Assembly: GCA_026026165.1 (NCBI GenBank)
Contig: JAPEUD010000003.1
Location: forward strand, 620,001-684,000
DNA length: 64,000 nucleotides
Source: Sarea resinae
Taxonomy: Eukaryota
Direction: 5' to 3'
Shown here: one piece after another, positions 1 to 12,859 of the stretch
Numbering within the stretch: the stretch's first letter is position 1
How the letters are laid out: each line of letters opens with the position of its first letter
Program-made: the position numbers and the translations under genes
The notes under the pieces: generated by a model
Database searches by the model: none
What the model was told of the DNA's origin: nothing
Seen by the model: the letters and a program-made list of their open reading frames with translations, nothing else

Positions 1-1120
1 GGCACCGCTCTATGATGGACTGCCAGCTGGTAAACCACACACTGGGGTTGTGGAAATCGCACTGTGTAAGGGTCAAGGATCCGTGCCACGATCGTCCTCC
101 TTCAATGCAAATGTCGTAGTTCCAACGCCGAGTTCTGTTGCAAATGCTCCAAACGGATGAGGTCTGTAGGAGCCTGGAAGCTTACGGCGCTTCAGCAATA
201 GTCGCTGTCGATCCACATCCGCTGGGCTGCGTCACAAGCGAGTGTCGACGCAATCAATCATAAGGTGCCAGACTCGGGCCAACAACAATCATGAATGCCT
301 TATTCGAGCCGGCACAAACCCAAAATACCAAGAGGATCGTGATCAATTCAATGTTGGCGATGGAATGACAGTTGAGGAGACAAATCCTGCTGACCAGCCT
401 TACATTTCCCTTAGATTTGTTGGGTTTACGAGGGGTTCGAGCACCTCTGCGGTGGAGATCCTACAGCCGCTGAGGTTCCACCGCCAGCGGCACCACCCCA
501 GCGACGCCGCCGAATATTCTCTGGGATTTGCTCTTATGGCAGTGGGATACTTGGTGCACATGTGACGCGGAACCGTGTGGCTCTTCCTTGCCAGATGGCT
601 TCGCCCGATTACACGGCCATAGTCGAACACAAGTCAAATACTCTGTACTGCTCTCCTCTCCCGCAAGGGCACACCACAGGTGGAGGTCCGACGGGCCATG
701 GTTGGGGCCATGCAGGTGACTGGATTGTGATGCCGTCTCCAAGGCGCTCGCTCAACGCCATTGGACTGCCCCAAGACACTTGTCTGCGGGGCGCGAAACG
801 ATCATCAAATGTCTACCGAGCATGGAATCCAGGGCGTCTACCGACGTGCAGTATTCGCGGCGCAAAACCCTCTTAGACAATTGAGTGTTATCTTGCTCAT
901 CTGGAACAAATCTAATATATCTCCTCCTTCTTGTAGCTCAAGACTCAACCCGTATGTCAATCTATATATTGTACATGCTGATGCTGATAGGCTGTACATG
1001 CGCTGCGGATCTCTGAGGAGAATAGCGCCCAGGCTCAATTCAATGCCAGCGCCATCCCGCTGTCGCCTTGAACCAAAGACGCAAAATACTATACACAGAT
1101 TTGGAGTGGAGTGCGCTTCT

Positions 1121-2885
1121 TTACCCAGACCCTGATGATTTCTTCGGCTCGTCGTCCTCTTTCTTTGGTTTCCCCTGTGACGATTTCTTATCTCCGCTGC
1201 CGGAAGACGATTTGTCTTCTGGTGTCTCGTTATCGTGCTGATGTGTTAGCTTGTGCCATGCCGACTTCAGGAACCCTTCATTTCTATGAGAGCTGGCTTC
1301 GTTGGTGTTGGATGACGAGCTGGAGCTGCGTGGCGGATTAGCTTCCAGATCTTGCACCGGTGTAAAGTACCGGCACTCACTTCATCTTTCCGAGGTTCAT
1401 GACTCTCTTCGCTGTTTTATCATCCATCTCATCTGCCAGCATCTCAACGATCGTCCTCTGGTTGGCGCTGAGGTATTTCGGCATGGCGACCTTGAATTCC
1501 ACCCGCAAATCACCTTGAGCGCCTTTTCTTCCTCCTAATTTCCTCATTCCCATACCACTTAGAGTGATTTTATCCCCTGTTCCAGTGCCAGTGCCAACCT
1601 TGACCTTGACCTCTCCATCCAAAGTCGGAATCTTGATTTCACCCCCTAGGATAGCAGTCGTCAAAGGGATGGATGCTGTATATAGAACATCTGCCCCAGC
1701 CCGACTAAACTTGGAATCCGGAGCTACTCGAATGAAAACGTAAAGGTCACCACTCGCGGAGCGAGCGTTCGGGTTGGCGGCTGCGCCGGTGGCTGGGGCA
1801 TCACCTTCACCAGTAACCCGCAGTCGCATTCCATCCTCGACACCGCCGGGGATGTCAACATTGACGGTCTTCCGTTCTCTGACCACTCCATTTCCTGAGC
1901 AGGTTCCACATTCTCCACCCCTTGGGATCGTCACTCCTTGGCCGCCACAGGCATTGCAGGTGCTGGCCATCTGGAACCCGCCTTGCATGAAATGCACTCT
2001 GGTTCCACTGCCACCGCAAGACTTGCACTCCGATCGTTGAGTTCCTTTTTTCAGCCCGCTGCCCGAACACGTCTTGCACTGAGTGAGCGGAGTGATGAAA
2101 ATATCCTTGTTCGCTCCCTTGGCGGCGTCCATGAAGGATATGGTCGTTTGAACCTCTATGTTATCCCCGACTAGAATCTCCTCTTGAAAAGGAGAGCTTC
2201 GCGAGCCTCTACCTCTCCTTGCGCCACCCCCAAAAGCACTGAATAGATCCTCAAAGTTGAAATCGGCCCCAAAGCCACCCCCGAAGCCTCCTCCGCCAAA
2301 CCCGCCAGCTCCACCACCAAACGGACCGCCACTGGCGCCGCCAGACGGGTCGAAGCCAGCGCCTTGATCGAAGGCTGCCGCACCGTACTGATCGTAAGCT
2401 TCCTTCTTCTTGGGATCGGATAGCAACTCGTAAGCAGATTGAGCTTCAGCGAAGTGGTCCTTCGCTTTGGGGTCCTTGTTTGTGTCAGGGTGGTATTTCT
2501 TTGCGAGGCCATAATAGGCCTTTTTTATGTCGGAAGTTGAGGCATTCTTATCGACGCCGAGGACTGAGTAGGGATTTTTCGTTGCTTGCGATCTTGGAGA
2601 AGCATGAAACGCCTAGATAATTCCATCATTTATTAGATGACACTGCTGCGTGAGCGGAGCTTGACTTACCCTCCTCTGATGATTGTTTTGCTGCAACCGG
2701 CACCATCCGCGAACAGGAGACCGAGGATTAATTGGTGCAGCGGGAGGTGTGCAGAAACCCCGTCGCTGAATAGCACCCTTGATTCCATGATTGACTCTCT
2801 GGCATTGATGCGATGCACCACCTAAGATGAAGTTTCGTAAAGGTAGGACAGCCCTGGAGGGCAATCCGGGGCCGGCTACACTCAT
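1121..2885 (-). CDS. MDJ1: Mitochondrial DnaJ/Hsp40 co-chaperone (type I J-protein), 3 exons
   Basis: Exons 2885-2670, 2612-1381 and 1325-1121, separated by GT-AG introns. It has an Arg/Ser-rich presequence-like N-terminus ending ..AFHAS, a J domain ([14 protein letters not shown]), a G/F-rich region, four CxxCxGxG motifs and a C-terminal DnaJ domain. Confidence 0.93.
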
Positions 2886-3482
2886 GGCCCCTCCGACACG
2901 TTCCTTGGGCGAGAGAGTCGTACTCTTGTGTCTTCGTAACGATTCAGATTGAAGGGAAATACTGCTGTGACAGAAAAGGTGGTATCGGCGTGTTGTCGAG
3001 GCTGAAAGTCGTAGAAGACATAAGGATTGAATAGACTCGGAGCCTCCAACGAAAAGTTTCGCGAGCATCATACCTCCGGTCTCTAGAAAGTACAAGTCGC
3101 GGAGCGATGATTACATCCACGCTAGTTGGCCGAGTGGCCGAATAGCTTAGTCATCAGGTCGGAATATTCTGGATTCTACGAGTCTCCGGACTGGGCGACG
3201 CCAGTACCTTCAAAGGCATTGACAGAAGGAAGTGTCTGAAGACATGTATCATCATCATGTAATGGATAAGGTATATACTAGATCGAGGCTCATCGTTGTT
3301 AGTCCCCATCAACGGCAATCTGAGAATGCTTGGATGATTCGGTCAGCAGCGAAACGAGATGATGTTCGTCTTTCATCGGCCGGGCCACCACGAGTATACA
3401 AGAGCTATATGTGGCGCCCACCCTGATCCTATTCACTAGCGCACAGCATCAACACGACGCAAGGTCTTGCTCTTCATCGAAG

Positions 3483-3838
3483 ATGCCATCCAGGATATTG
3501 GATGATGTGGAGGTCGAGTGTTGCGACCCAGTTGCTATTGATGCAATCCGCTATAACGAGACACTGAAGGACGGTATGAATGTACCTAGCTGCCCTACTC
3601 CCAAACGCCATTCTCTGTAACCACCCTCTCAGATATCAGAGTCCAATCCTCCCGCGTCCCTCCACATGGACCCCCCGAGACCAAAGATGCAGTCAAATTT
3701 GTCTTTCATTGCCCACCGGCCATGGCCGCTCCCCCAGCCGCTCCATCTTACAGCCACGTATTGATTTTCCCCAACACCAGATCGGTAGCTCTCAGCGCGC
3801 ATGCTCCGGCCGCAGATCAGCTCGTCTCGGGACGATGA
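3483..3838 (+). CDS. Candidate small 2-exon ORF (~98 aa), function unknown
   Basis: ATG at 3483. Removing intron 3574-3632 (GTATGA...TAAC...CTCTCAG) keeps the frame open to TGA at 3838. No family recognised. Confidence 0.25.
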
Positions 3839-4502
3839 GAGGGTGCCATTGCGCGAGGAAAGTAATGACTGTAGTCCGGCCGCTTTGTTAGTCAAAGTCA
3901 TTGCATGGTCGGCGGAAACCCCTCAGGATAGATCGTTCAGAATACGCACCCCACATGAGATAGCAGCTTGCGAAGGAGAGGATGAGGGTACTGCGCCAGA
4001 CCCTGTATTGAAGCCGTCAGTATTTGCTGCCTGGATGGCAAGGAAGATCATGGAGACACGTACGTCTGGTTGTCGCCTTTGGGTGAGAAGAACCACGCAA
4101 CGAACGAAAGGATCACCACGATCACAAGCCCGATAATGATGCTCCAGCTGTTGATATTCAGCAAAGATGGCAAAGCGAGAAATGAAGATCGAAGGCCTTA
4201 CCCGTTCGCCATTTTGTTTCGACAGATTTGCTCTTAATGATGTAGTACTTGGGGAGCTTGGAGGCGGATGTGCTCCATGTTGCACCGTGTTGTTAGGGTT
4301 ACCCTGCGTACCGGTTCGTGTCTTCGCTACCTAAGGTACCTAGAGGCAGGGAATCTAAGCGTGGTCCATCCAGGGACAACCTGAAGCATCAACATTTCTA
4401 CGCTTAGAATGGACGTATTATTCAGCGTCTCGAATGATCCTCTCTTTCGATCGAGTTACCTACATCCTATAGGATTCTAACTCATATGGGGCCATGCGAC
4501 AA

Positions 4503-5592
4503 TCAATTCTCAAATTTGAGACCACTCTCCTGCCTCACCGCGCCATATATGCCCGCAATGTCTCCTTTTGCTCCACAATGCTCCTTGACACCAGTCAAAT
4601 GCTGCTGAACGACCTCCATGGCTCTCATCCTGACACCCGACACTGCTGCTAGTGACAGGGCATGTCGTGTGTCCTTGAGTGCCAAATCAACGGCGAACAA
4701 AGGCTTTTCAAAATTAGTCTCACTTCATTCGTGGAGCATTGGATATTAACCGCTGAGTACGGACCTCTTCACGCTTGTAATAGTCACCGTTCCTCAGTCT
4801 ATTAGAGTACCCCGAGAAGGGCCCACCAAACATTGTGTCGATGAATCCGTGTAGATTTTCAACACCGAGTCCAGATCTCTCTGCGATAGTATGGCCTTCG
4901 GAGACTGACTCGACCATCTGTAGAACCATAGTGTTGCCAATGATCTTGAGAAGGAGTGCTTTTGAGAAGTCTTGGTCGCTGAAGTCGATAATAGCACGGC
5001 CCATCACTCCTTTAGTATAAGGCTTTACCTTGTCGACTTGGGCAGCCGGCCCTGCAAGGACGAAAATCAGCTGCCCTGCGTCGGCCATAGGTGGTGCGCC
5101 AAATACTGTGAGACGATGGTCAATAAATTTGCTTCAATCCGAGGGTTTCTGACGGTGCTTGCCTGGTGAAGCCACAAAGAAAGCTCCCTTCTTGTGCACA
5201 GTCTCCGCAACCTTCGCCGTTGTGTCCGGATGCACCGTAGAACATTCCACGAAGAGCTTGCCTTCTAGGTTTTCCGTCACCGCTTTGTCAATGATGCCGG
5301 TCAGAGCGGCATCGTCGCCAACACAGCTAAAGATTATGTCGGATTTCGCGACAGCTTCTTCGACTGAATCGGCCACGACGGACTTGCCCGACGGGAGCTT
5401 GCTCGAGAGGTCTTCGGCGCGCTTCTTCGTGCGATTGAAAATAAGGACGGGCTTGGTCAAATTGCCCTTCTCGACCAAATTCGTGCACATGCCCTGGAGC
5501 CAGTCAGTCAATCTCTGCCAGTGAAGCAGATGGAGTGTAAAGCGAACCCGGCCCATATTGCCCAAACCAATCCATGCTATTTGCGTCGCCAT
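4503..5592 (-). CDS. NAD-binding beta-hydroxyacid dehydrogenase / 6-phosphogluconate dehydrogenase family protein (4 exons)
   Basis: N-terminal Rossmann motif IAWIGLGNMG, followed by FVECSTVHP, SPVFGAP, LKIIGN and a C-terminal FAVDLALKD. Three short GT-AG introns join the ORF-track pieces. Confidence 0.9.
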
Positions 5593-6245
5593 GATTTCAA
5601 GTGATCGTTAACTTGGAAGAGTCGGATCGATTGATGCGTAGTATCTCAGAGATGATGATGGTGGAATGAATCTTTTACTGAAAATGCTACAGGGCTATTA
5701 CTTGAATAGATGACGTTACTACGAGTATTTAAGGTATGTGGCCCACCAAACCATCAGACCCCTTCGGGCTGTTTACACCCCGTCGCTCTCGCCGCCCCGC
5801 ATCCGATGTAGTCCGAATTGCTGGTCTCGGCCGAGCGATAAGGTCGAGGTACTTCATACACAGGTACTTCGAGAACGCATGATTGTACCCCTTGCTCGAA
5901 GTCACTCATAATGGAAGCCTGAGTATATAGCCTTGAAGAAATTCAACAATTTATTGGCGAAGGAAAAAATGATTTCAAAATCCATGTGAGGGGTTGCGGG
6001 TCCTATCGGAGACTGGGAGCTGATATCCTACATCAGAGGACTGAGGCGAACCTGGAAATCTCATCTGTTGTCGCGAAGGCCGAATCCGACGTCCGATGCC
6101 CGACGTCCGAATCAGCAAGCGGCACCTGATTGTCGTAAGCTTATATCAGAACCCATGAGATAAAGGGATTTTGCCTGAATTGAAGAGCCATTGTTTGGCT
6201 TTAACTATAGAGAGAGATAGAAACATTTGGGTCTGGTCAAGCGTA

Positions 6246-7658
6246 TTATTCCCAACCTCCTGGGTCACCAACCCGTGCGATATCTTGTACTATATAATCG
6301 ACGCCGCTCCAGACCCTGCCGCCAGTCGCAACCACTCTTTTGAATGCTTCTCGAGCTTTGTCGATTTCCTCTGCTTTCCTTTCTAAGCTCCGCTCGTGGT
6401 CGCTCCTAGCCAGCACTCTGCCAAGTCTTCTTTCAGTGGATTGGGGGTCATCGAATCCATCAGAGTCTTCATCCTCTGACGATCGTGTAGGGACGTGTAG
6501 GTCACCAACCCAAAGTGCAATCATTCCATGCAAATGCCACAGCTGCCAATCATCGGAGTACGGTGGGGAAAGCAGTAACTCCTCTAATCGTGCTGCGAGT
6601 TCTTGAGCTTGTTTCAACTCCTCTAGGCGAACCTCTTCATACTGTTCATGCTTTCGGTCCTTATTATCTCTCTGATCTGACGAAAGAGGTTGCTCGTCCT
6701 CTGACATTTGACCTTCACTGTCGTCTCGTCTTGATAGGTCAATTTTCTGGCGGGAAGTTCGCGAGTCCTGTTGTATCGAGTAGATCCACAGGCCGAACAT
6801 CGCTAGATAGAATTGTAGAGGACTAATCTCCCCGGGAAATCCTTTGCGAAAGGGATACTGAAGGATAAGACGCTCGTAGTACTCTTTGGCTTTTTCGAAT
6901 CCATCTTTGCTGAACCACCCCGGTGGGGAACTTGAATCTTCTTCGGCGGTATCTGATAATCTAGGACTTGACGTATCGTCTTCCTCATCCTGGCCATTAC
7001 TTTCGAATCTTTGGCTTGGCACACTCCGCCTCAGAAGAATCTCCGCGCCAATGCCCCACTTGCCTCCGGCTCTGATGTCCATTCCTCTTCCTGCCATTTC
7101 GGTCCGGAGCAGAGCTCCCCACGCACGACCTGCACGCACAAAATCACCGTCAAGCAATGATCGGTGCAAAATAGCCGTCATTACGGCAAGATGACGCATA
7201 CGAAGCTTTGTGCCAGACCGTACCCCGGCAGAAGATGCGTCGGCGTCGGGACCATAAAGCGGCGGAGACAGACTCGCCAGCCCCTCCCGTGCCTTCCCAT
7301 CATCTTGGCCATCGTCAGAGTCACCCGTCCGACGCGGAGAGGGGCGATGAGGAAAAGGGGCCTCGGGCAGAGGTTCGTCGAATGGCTGGCCTGCGACACG
7401 GTATTGGCGTACATCCTCGGAGCGCAAACTGTGGTAGGAGCCTGGTGAAGGAGCACGAGGTTGATGGTTAATAGCTACAAAGGTAGGAGAAGCAGCAGCG
7501 AGGTCGTCAGGATCCGCAGCGGTGGGATTACTTCTTTCATTGGCAAGATCTGGCTCCTCGAGAGCATCTCTTTTTCGCTTCGTAGGCCTCTTATACTGCG
7601 ACGATCGAGAGGTTTGCACTTGCTGGCCATCGGTCAGTGGTAGAGCAAAGAGGCTCAT
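6246..7658 (-). CDS. RRN11: Probable RNA polymerase I-specific initiation factor (Rrn11-like), single exon
   Basis: ORF of ~470 aa starting MSLFALPL (alternative ATG at 7667). The segments RHLAVMTAILHRSLLDGDFVRAGRAWGALLR..WGIGAEILL and YYERLILQYP resemble filamentous-fungal Rrn11 as I recall it; this was not searched. Confidence 0.6.
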   Translation of the reverse strand: MSLFALPLTDGQQVQTSRSSQYKRPTKRKRDALEEPDLANERSNPTAADPDDLAAASPTFVAINHQPRAPSPGSYHSLRSEDVRQYRVAGQPFDEPLPEAPFPHRPSPRRTGDSDDGQDDGKAREGLASLSPPLYGPDADASSAGVRSGTKLRMRHLAVMTAILHRSLLDGDFVRAGRAWGALLRTEMAGRGMDIRAGGKWGIGAEILLRRSVPSQRFESNGQDEEDDTSSPRLSDTAEEDSSSPPGWFSKDGFEKAKEYYERLILQYPFRKGFPGEISPLQFYLAMFGLWIYSIQQDSRTSRQKIDLSRRDDSEGQMSEDEQPLSSDQRDNKDRKHEQYEEVRLEELKQAQELAARLEELLLSPPYSDDWQLWHLHGMIALWVGDLHVPTRSSEDEDSDGFDDPQSTERRLGRVLARSDHERSLERKAEEIDKAREAFKRVVATGGRVWSGVDYIVQDIARVGDPGGWE

Positions 7659-9424
7659 GAGGGGCATGACGAGCTCAACAGCCACTGCTCGACTAGAGGT
7701 TCAAGGCTCCTCGCACATGATCCCGTCAATGGCAGCAGTCTAGATTTATGTCACGGGTAGACTCTCCGTCCTTGCCTACTCGACCCCAACAGCACGGGAT
7801 CATATGGCATACGTGGACGCTCCCGTAATGATTGGAAGGAGTCGAAGACCACGGAGGAGCTGAAACGTCTCGAGGGAGGATGGATGGCAATACAATGATC
7901 CAAGATGGCCGACCAAGCGGTGTTGCACTCGGCACGGCAGCCAAGTGATGGCAATGACAATGTAAGGGTAAGGAACCCTCGGAAGGGCTATGTCTACCTG
8001 CGTAGGTATGTACCTAGGTAGTTAGTATCTGAGTGAATGATGCGATACTTTCTATCTGGTATCGCTGACCGTCTCTCTCAGGCCAGCCGTCCCGTGGAAT
8101 CAAGTACCTCAGGTAGGTTCTAGGTACCAGGTCGGTATTGATTTGGAGCGCGCGTTTACGCGATCCGGCGGTCAAGCCATCGCTCACTCTAAGGTAGAGT
8201 CGAGTACTCTTGATCTACGCTTGCACGCTCCAGCTCTTGATCTCCAGTATCTCCTCCGTACAGTATTGTTCAAGTGAATGGCGGCGATCCCTGGCTGGGG
8301 ATCCCACTGAGCATCGTAGTCGAAAGGACACGGCCGTACATGTACGGAGTGGACGTCTGTCTTCTCTGCACATGTCCACCTCAGTCCATCTCGATCTCTT
8401 CCAACCTTGGCCTTTCTCCCTACATGCCTCCGTCCCATCCAGACCTCTTACCGACACCTTACCTGCCTTCCAATTCCCTCACCTTCCCTCACCTTACCTG
8501 ACTTGACCCTGCCTACTACTGGAGGAGGTATCTTAGGTGCTAGGTACTTAGATAGGTAGGTACGCAGTACTCGCCAGTACTGCACTCGCACCTGCACGAG
8601 CGAGTATCCGGTCCCCGAGATACCTCGACCGCAGGTACACCGCCGACCAGACTCGGTGGCAAGGGATCGAGCCAGGCCGTACCTCTGTCTCGCTCTACTT
8701 CCTCTGCTCCTCGAAACTCCTGATTCCAGCCAAGTATCGCTCTTTCCGACCTAACAAACCACCGAATGGGCTCGTACTGAATACCACATTACGTTACTCA
8801 CAACAGCCAGCCCCAGGCTCTTTCCGCTCAACGCCAAGATCCCACAACTCACGCAGTCGCTCACTTCCTGCGGATCCAGATCACAGTCCGATCGGGCGAC
8901 TTCCTCCGCTTCGACTCTGATCTTCTTCCGCCTCAGTTCATCTCGAGCCGGTAAGACTTCTTCTCGCGTCTTTTGAGTCCTTGCTCGTCCTCCTTGACGC
9001 CGCCCGCATCTTGCCCTACCCCAATCATCAAGTTGCCACGTCAAGCCCGCGTTGGCCCGTTCGGGACCCTTGAGCGGCTCTTCAGTCTTCCGACTCCTTC
9101 GCGTGGTGAGAAGAAGACAAGGCCTCTTTCGGGCTCGTCTCTTTCCTCTTCACGGGAAGGCGAGAGTTGGCATAAGTCCGATCTGCTGTGGCAACGCTCT
9201 GCCCCATTCCTTTTGAACCACCATAGCGTTCTCCTCACTTCATGCGACCAGGAAACTGGCAGGCTCACTCCTCAAATAGACCCGATCCACTTGACGAGCT
9301 CTACGGTCTATCACCTCCGTCGAGAACCCAAACATTTTGGCCGGCCCAAGGCGTGTACGATGAGCCTGTCATAGCAAGCGGTAGACAGTCCGACGCTACT
9401 ATTAGCCGCGAATACCCAAATATC

Positions 9425-12060
9425 ATGGGCCAGGGTGCATCGTCGAGGCGAGAGGAGTCCCTGCAGAGTGATGCCGGTCCGGATGCCCAGATGAATCAGG
9501 AAGGGCATGCAGCGTACCCAAATGACGCTCCCGCCTCGTCTAATACAGTGGGGGAACTTCCCCGTCCCGGAAGCCGCCCCGGGCAGTTCACGAATGGTGT
9601 GGGCATGGCAGGGCTAGATGATGCCAGTTCATGGGGCACGGAAGGCGAAGGGATAGAAGGGTTAGAGGAGAACTCACTGTATGGTGCTCCGCAAGGGTCA
9701 CTGAGGAATTCCAGTACCGAGGATGTTGAAATGCTGGATGCACCGCCTCTCAGTAGTTCATCTCGCACGCCGAGTCGAGCTTCGTCGTACTTCTCCAGGT
9801 TTTCGCCAAGATGGGCTCCACGTTCTGCATCTCCCTACGCTGAAGGCAGTGATGACAGTAGCCGACAAGGGCGGGTAACACGAAGGAGGCTCTCAAATAG
9901 CGTCGCATCTTCGCCCCATGGACAGGACAGCCAGACCAGCCTGCCACGACGATTCGGGACCTTTGGGCCGTTGTCGAATGGAAATTCTTCAAGCACTCTT
10001 TCGAGGAGACGTCGAAACCTCGGCTCTATTTCTCGACCTATCCCTCATTCATCTCAAGATGAAATAAGGTCTTCTCGGTCAGGATGGCCGCAGCCCATTG
10101 AGCCGACCGCATCTAGTGCCGGACCGCCCCTGTATCACAGTAGTTTTCCACGACGAACATCACGACTGTCGAGGCTTCGCGATACTCTTCCCATGCCATT
10201 TCCTAACATATTCTCCTCTGGCTCTTCAAGTCGTCCTGCCTCGGACTCTCAAAGCCCTGCACGTCCCCAGCGCCCTTCGAGATCAGGTCTTGCAGAAAGT
10301 TCCGAATCGTTCGTCCCCCAACTCCCCCTCCCAGATTTTGCCTTGGATGATGGTGGTGGACTTGTAAGGCCACCTTTCCTATCAGGAAATTCCAATTTGG
10401 AGAACAATCGGCCAGTGGAGGATTCTTCCGAGCCGACAACATCACGTACGGATAGAGACATGCGTAGGCTACCGGACATTCTTCGCCGAAGAAATACGCG
10501 TGGAAGGCCCGGGGAGGATCAAGCTGCCATGTTGACGAGACTTCTGTCAGTGGCTGCAGCCGCAACGGCTGCGTCCTTGATAGGCCACCGAGACCGAAAC
10601 CTGTTCGGCGCTCAGGGTGGCAGCATTGACGGACCGGATGGAAGTTTCGAGGGATTCTTGCAAGATATCAGAAATGGCAGGCTTACAAGTGCGCTCCGAA
10701 GTGGAAGCAATGATACGGGTACAGGGACTACGTCTCCCACGGCAGATGGCGCTGTCGCACCATTTAACTTCATCCGGATGTTTAGGTTCGATTCTTCCGA
10801 CCAAACTGGAAGACAGGCCAATGGATCCTCTGCAGTCGCTGATAGTCAGCGTTCAAATGACGAAGAAACTTTCAATGGTCCAATGGTTCCAGTCATTATT
10901 GTAGGGATCCGTTCGGTCACGCCGTCAAATACTGCGGGAGGTGATGATGGTAGCAATACGCCTCCATTTATCGAGGCACTCTCCAATTTGACTCCTGCTC
11001 CCGCTGCAGCACAGCGGGGGAATAGCTCAGGAGGATTACTTCGTCGCCCTGAAGGCGGGAGAACTATCTTTGGACACCGCCGTCGGGCTTCAATGGGAGG
11101 CTCGAGTACATTCCCAGCGAATTATGATAGCCAGCGACATCAGCGATCTCCGGAACTTAGCCGGTCCCGTCTTGAAGGCGCACCTGTGGAGACCCCAACG
11201 CTACCCCCTCTTGTATCTGACCCACCTCCGGGGCCGCGTCCTCCACCTTCGACACCTTTAGGGCTATCAACGAACACATCAGGAAGCACAACCCCCAGCC
11301 GACGACCGTCTTCCGCTTCCGCTGGATACAGTCAGCACTTCTCCAGGAGATCAACGGCCATGGACTTTGGGGCACAAGAGTCCCAATCGGACGCTAATAC
11401 CGCTCGACAACGCCGACGCAGCGATTCGGAATTTGCTCGTCATGGAGATCTCGGCTCGGGGGCTTCGAGGAGGAATGGTGTTGTTGAGCCCGATAATAGA
11501 ACACCTGATGGACCCCGGAGTTGGATCATCTATGTTCTTGGAGGAAGCTACCCTGAAGATCATCCCATTCTTACTACGCCGAGTCTTTTTACCGATAACC
11601 CGAGTTATGAAGACATGCTTTTACTATCATCACTACTTGGCCCTGTCAAGCCACCTGTAGCAAGCGAAGCCGACGTGGCAGCTGCATCTGGCACATATCA
11701 AGTCAGAGGCGAGTATGCGACAGGTGCATTGACAGCCATCGACGCCAGCAGTAACGAAAGCTTCCCGATTTGTTCCGGCGAGCGGTGCCTGGTGTGTCTA
11801 GGCGACTACGTCTTGAGCGAGGATTTGAGGAAATTGACAGGATGTGGGCATTTCTTCCACAAGGAATGTATCGATCAGGTTCGTATTGGTGCTGCTGGTG
11901 ACTCTAATATGGAAAGGCAATGCTGACATGATGGTACTAGTGGCTAACTACTGGACGCAACTCTTGTCCATTGTGTCGAGGCAAAGGCGTTGACGAGTCG
12001 GCAAAACGAGCTGCCTCCGATACTCCGGTTGAAGATACAGTGCCGCCGCTGGTCTCGTAA
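9425..12060 (+). CDS. RING-H2 finger protein (probable E3 ubiquitin ligase) with long disordered N-terminus
   Basis: The C3H2C3 motif CLVC..CGHFFHKECIDQ|WLTTGRNSCPLC is split by intron 11879-11940. It is preceded by PSLFTDNPSYEDMLLLSSLLGP. Likely start is MGQGASS at 9425, with an in-frame upstream ATG at 9242. Confidence 0.88.
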
Positions 12061-12859
12061 CCTGTCTGTCCGTCTTCCTTTCACTGCCGCTGCTCTCGGT
12101 GGGCTCGCATGGGCTCGAATCCATCTTGACAGACTGTCCCTTTTTGCTATCCAGTGTCCGTAATGTTTGGTGCGTCGGCTAAATGGTACATGTTCCGGCA
12201 TTAATCGATCAATCACATCATGATGGGAGCGTTCGCACGTATCTATGTGCGCTGAAGTGGCTTTCTTGAAATGCGTCTTCTTTGCTCTTTTTCCCAAGCT
12301 GCGACTCTGATCTCTCCTTCAGATTGGTCTATTTCGCGGGGAAATTTGCTACGCATGGTTTCCTTTTTCTTTTCTGGGGAACTGCGGCTGGGTTCTGGGA
12401 ATGAATGATATGAATGAAACGCGTCCGCTCTTGTCTCTGGCTCGGACTCTTCACTGTCCTCTTTTCTTTATTTCTTTTTGTGCTTGAACTCGTCATGTGT
12501 TCGTCGGTCAGCGTGTCGTTTTTTTTATCTTGTTCCCGTCTTGTTTGCTTGTTCGGTCAGAGCGTTTGAGGGGTTTTCAGTCGGGATGGGAATGGCCTGG
12601 ACCTGGACGGGGCGGGGCGGGGCAATGTCTTTCCTACTTACTCAGTTACTGGCAAAGGCCTCGCGTTGCCCGACCTTGGCCTTGGTTCATTCAGATAGAG
12701 GGATCCAATACATCTCTACATGGTCGGGTTCAGCTGCACGTGTCTTGTGTCAATTTCTCCATTTCGACGATATTGATGCTGATGATGATGATGTTGCTGA
12801 TAACGGTGATAATGGTGACAGTGAACCAAGACGTATATATTCTGGTGTTGCAAACAAAA

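Noticed and set aside
425..450. GGTTCGAG resembling a tRNA T-loop
   Set aside because: The T-stem pairs poorly, and there is no D-arm or acceptor stem.
1..1100. Short ORFs at the window start
   Set aside because: No recognisable domain or consistent exon chain in any frame I read.
3161..3176. HSE-like GAAnnTTC upstream of MDJ1
   Set aside because: Only two perfect nGAAn units, which is too weak to call.
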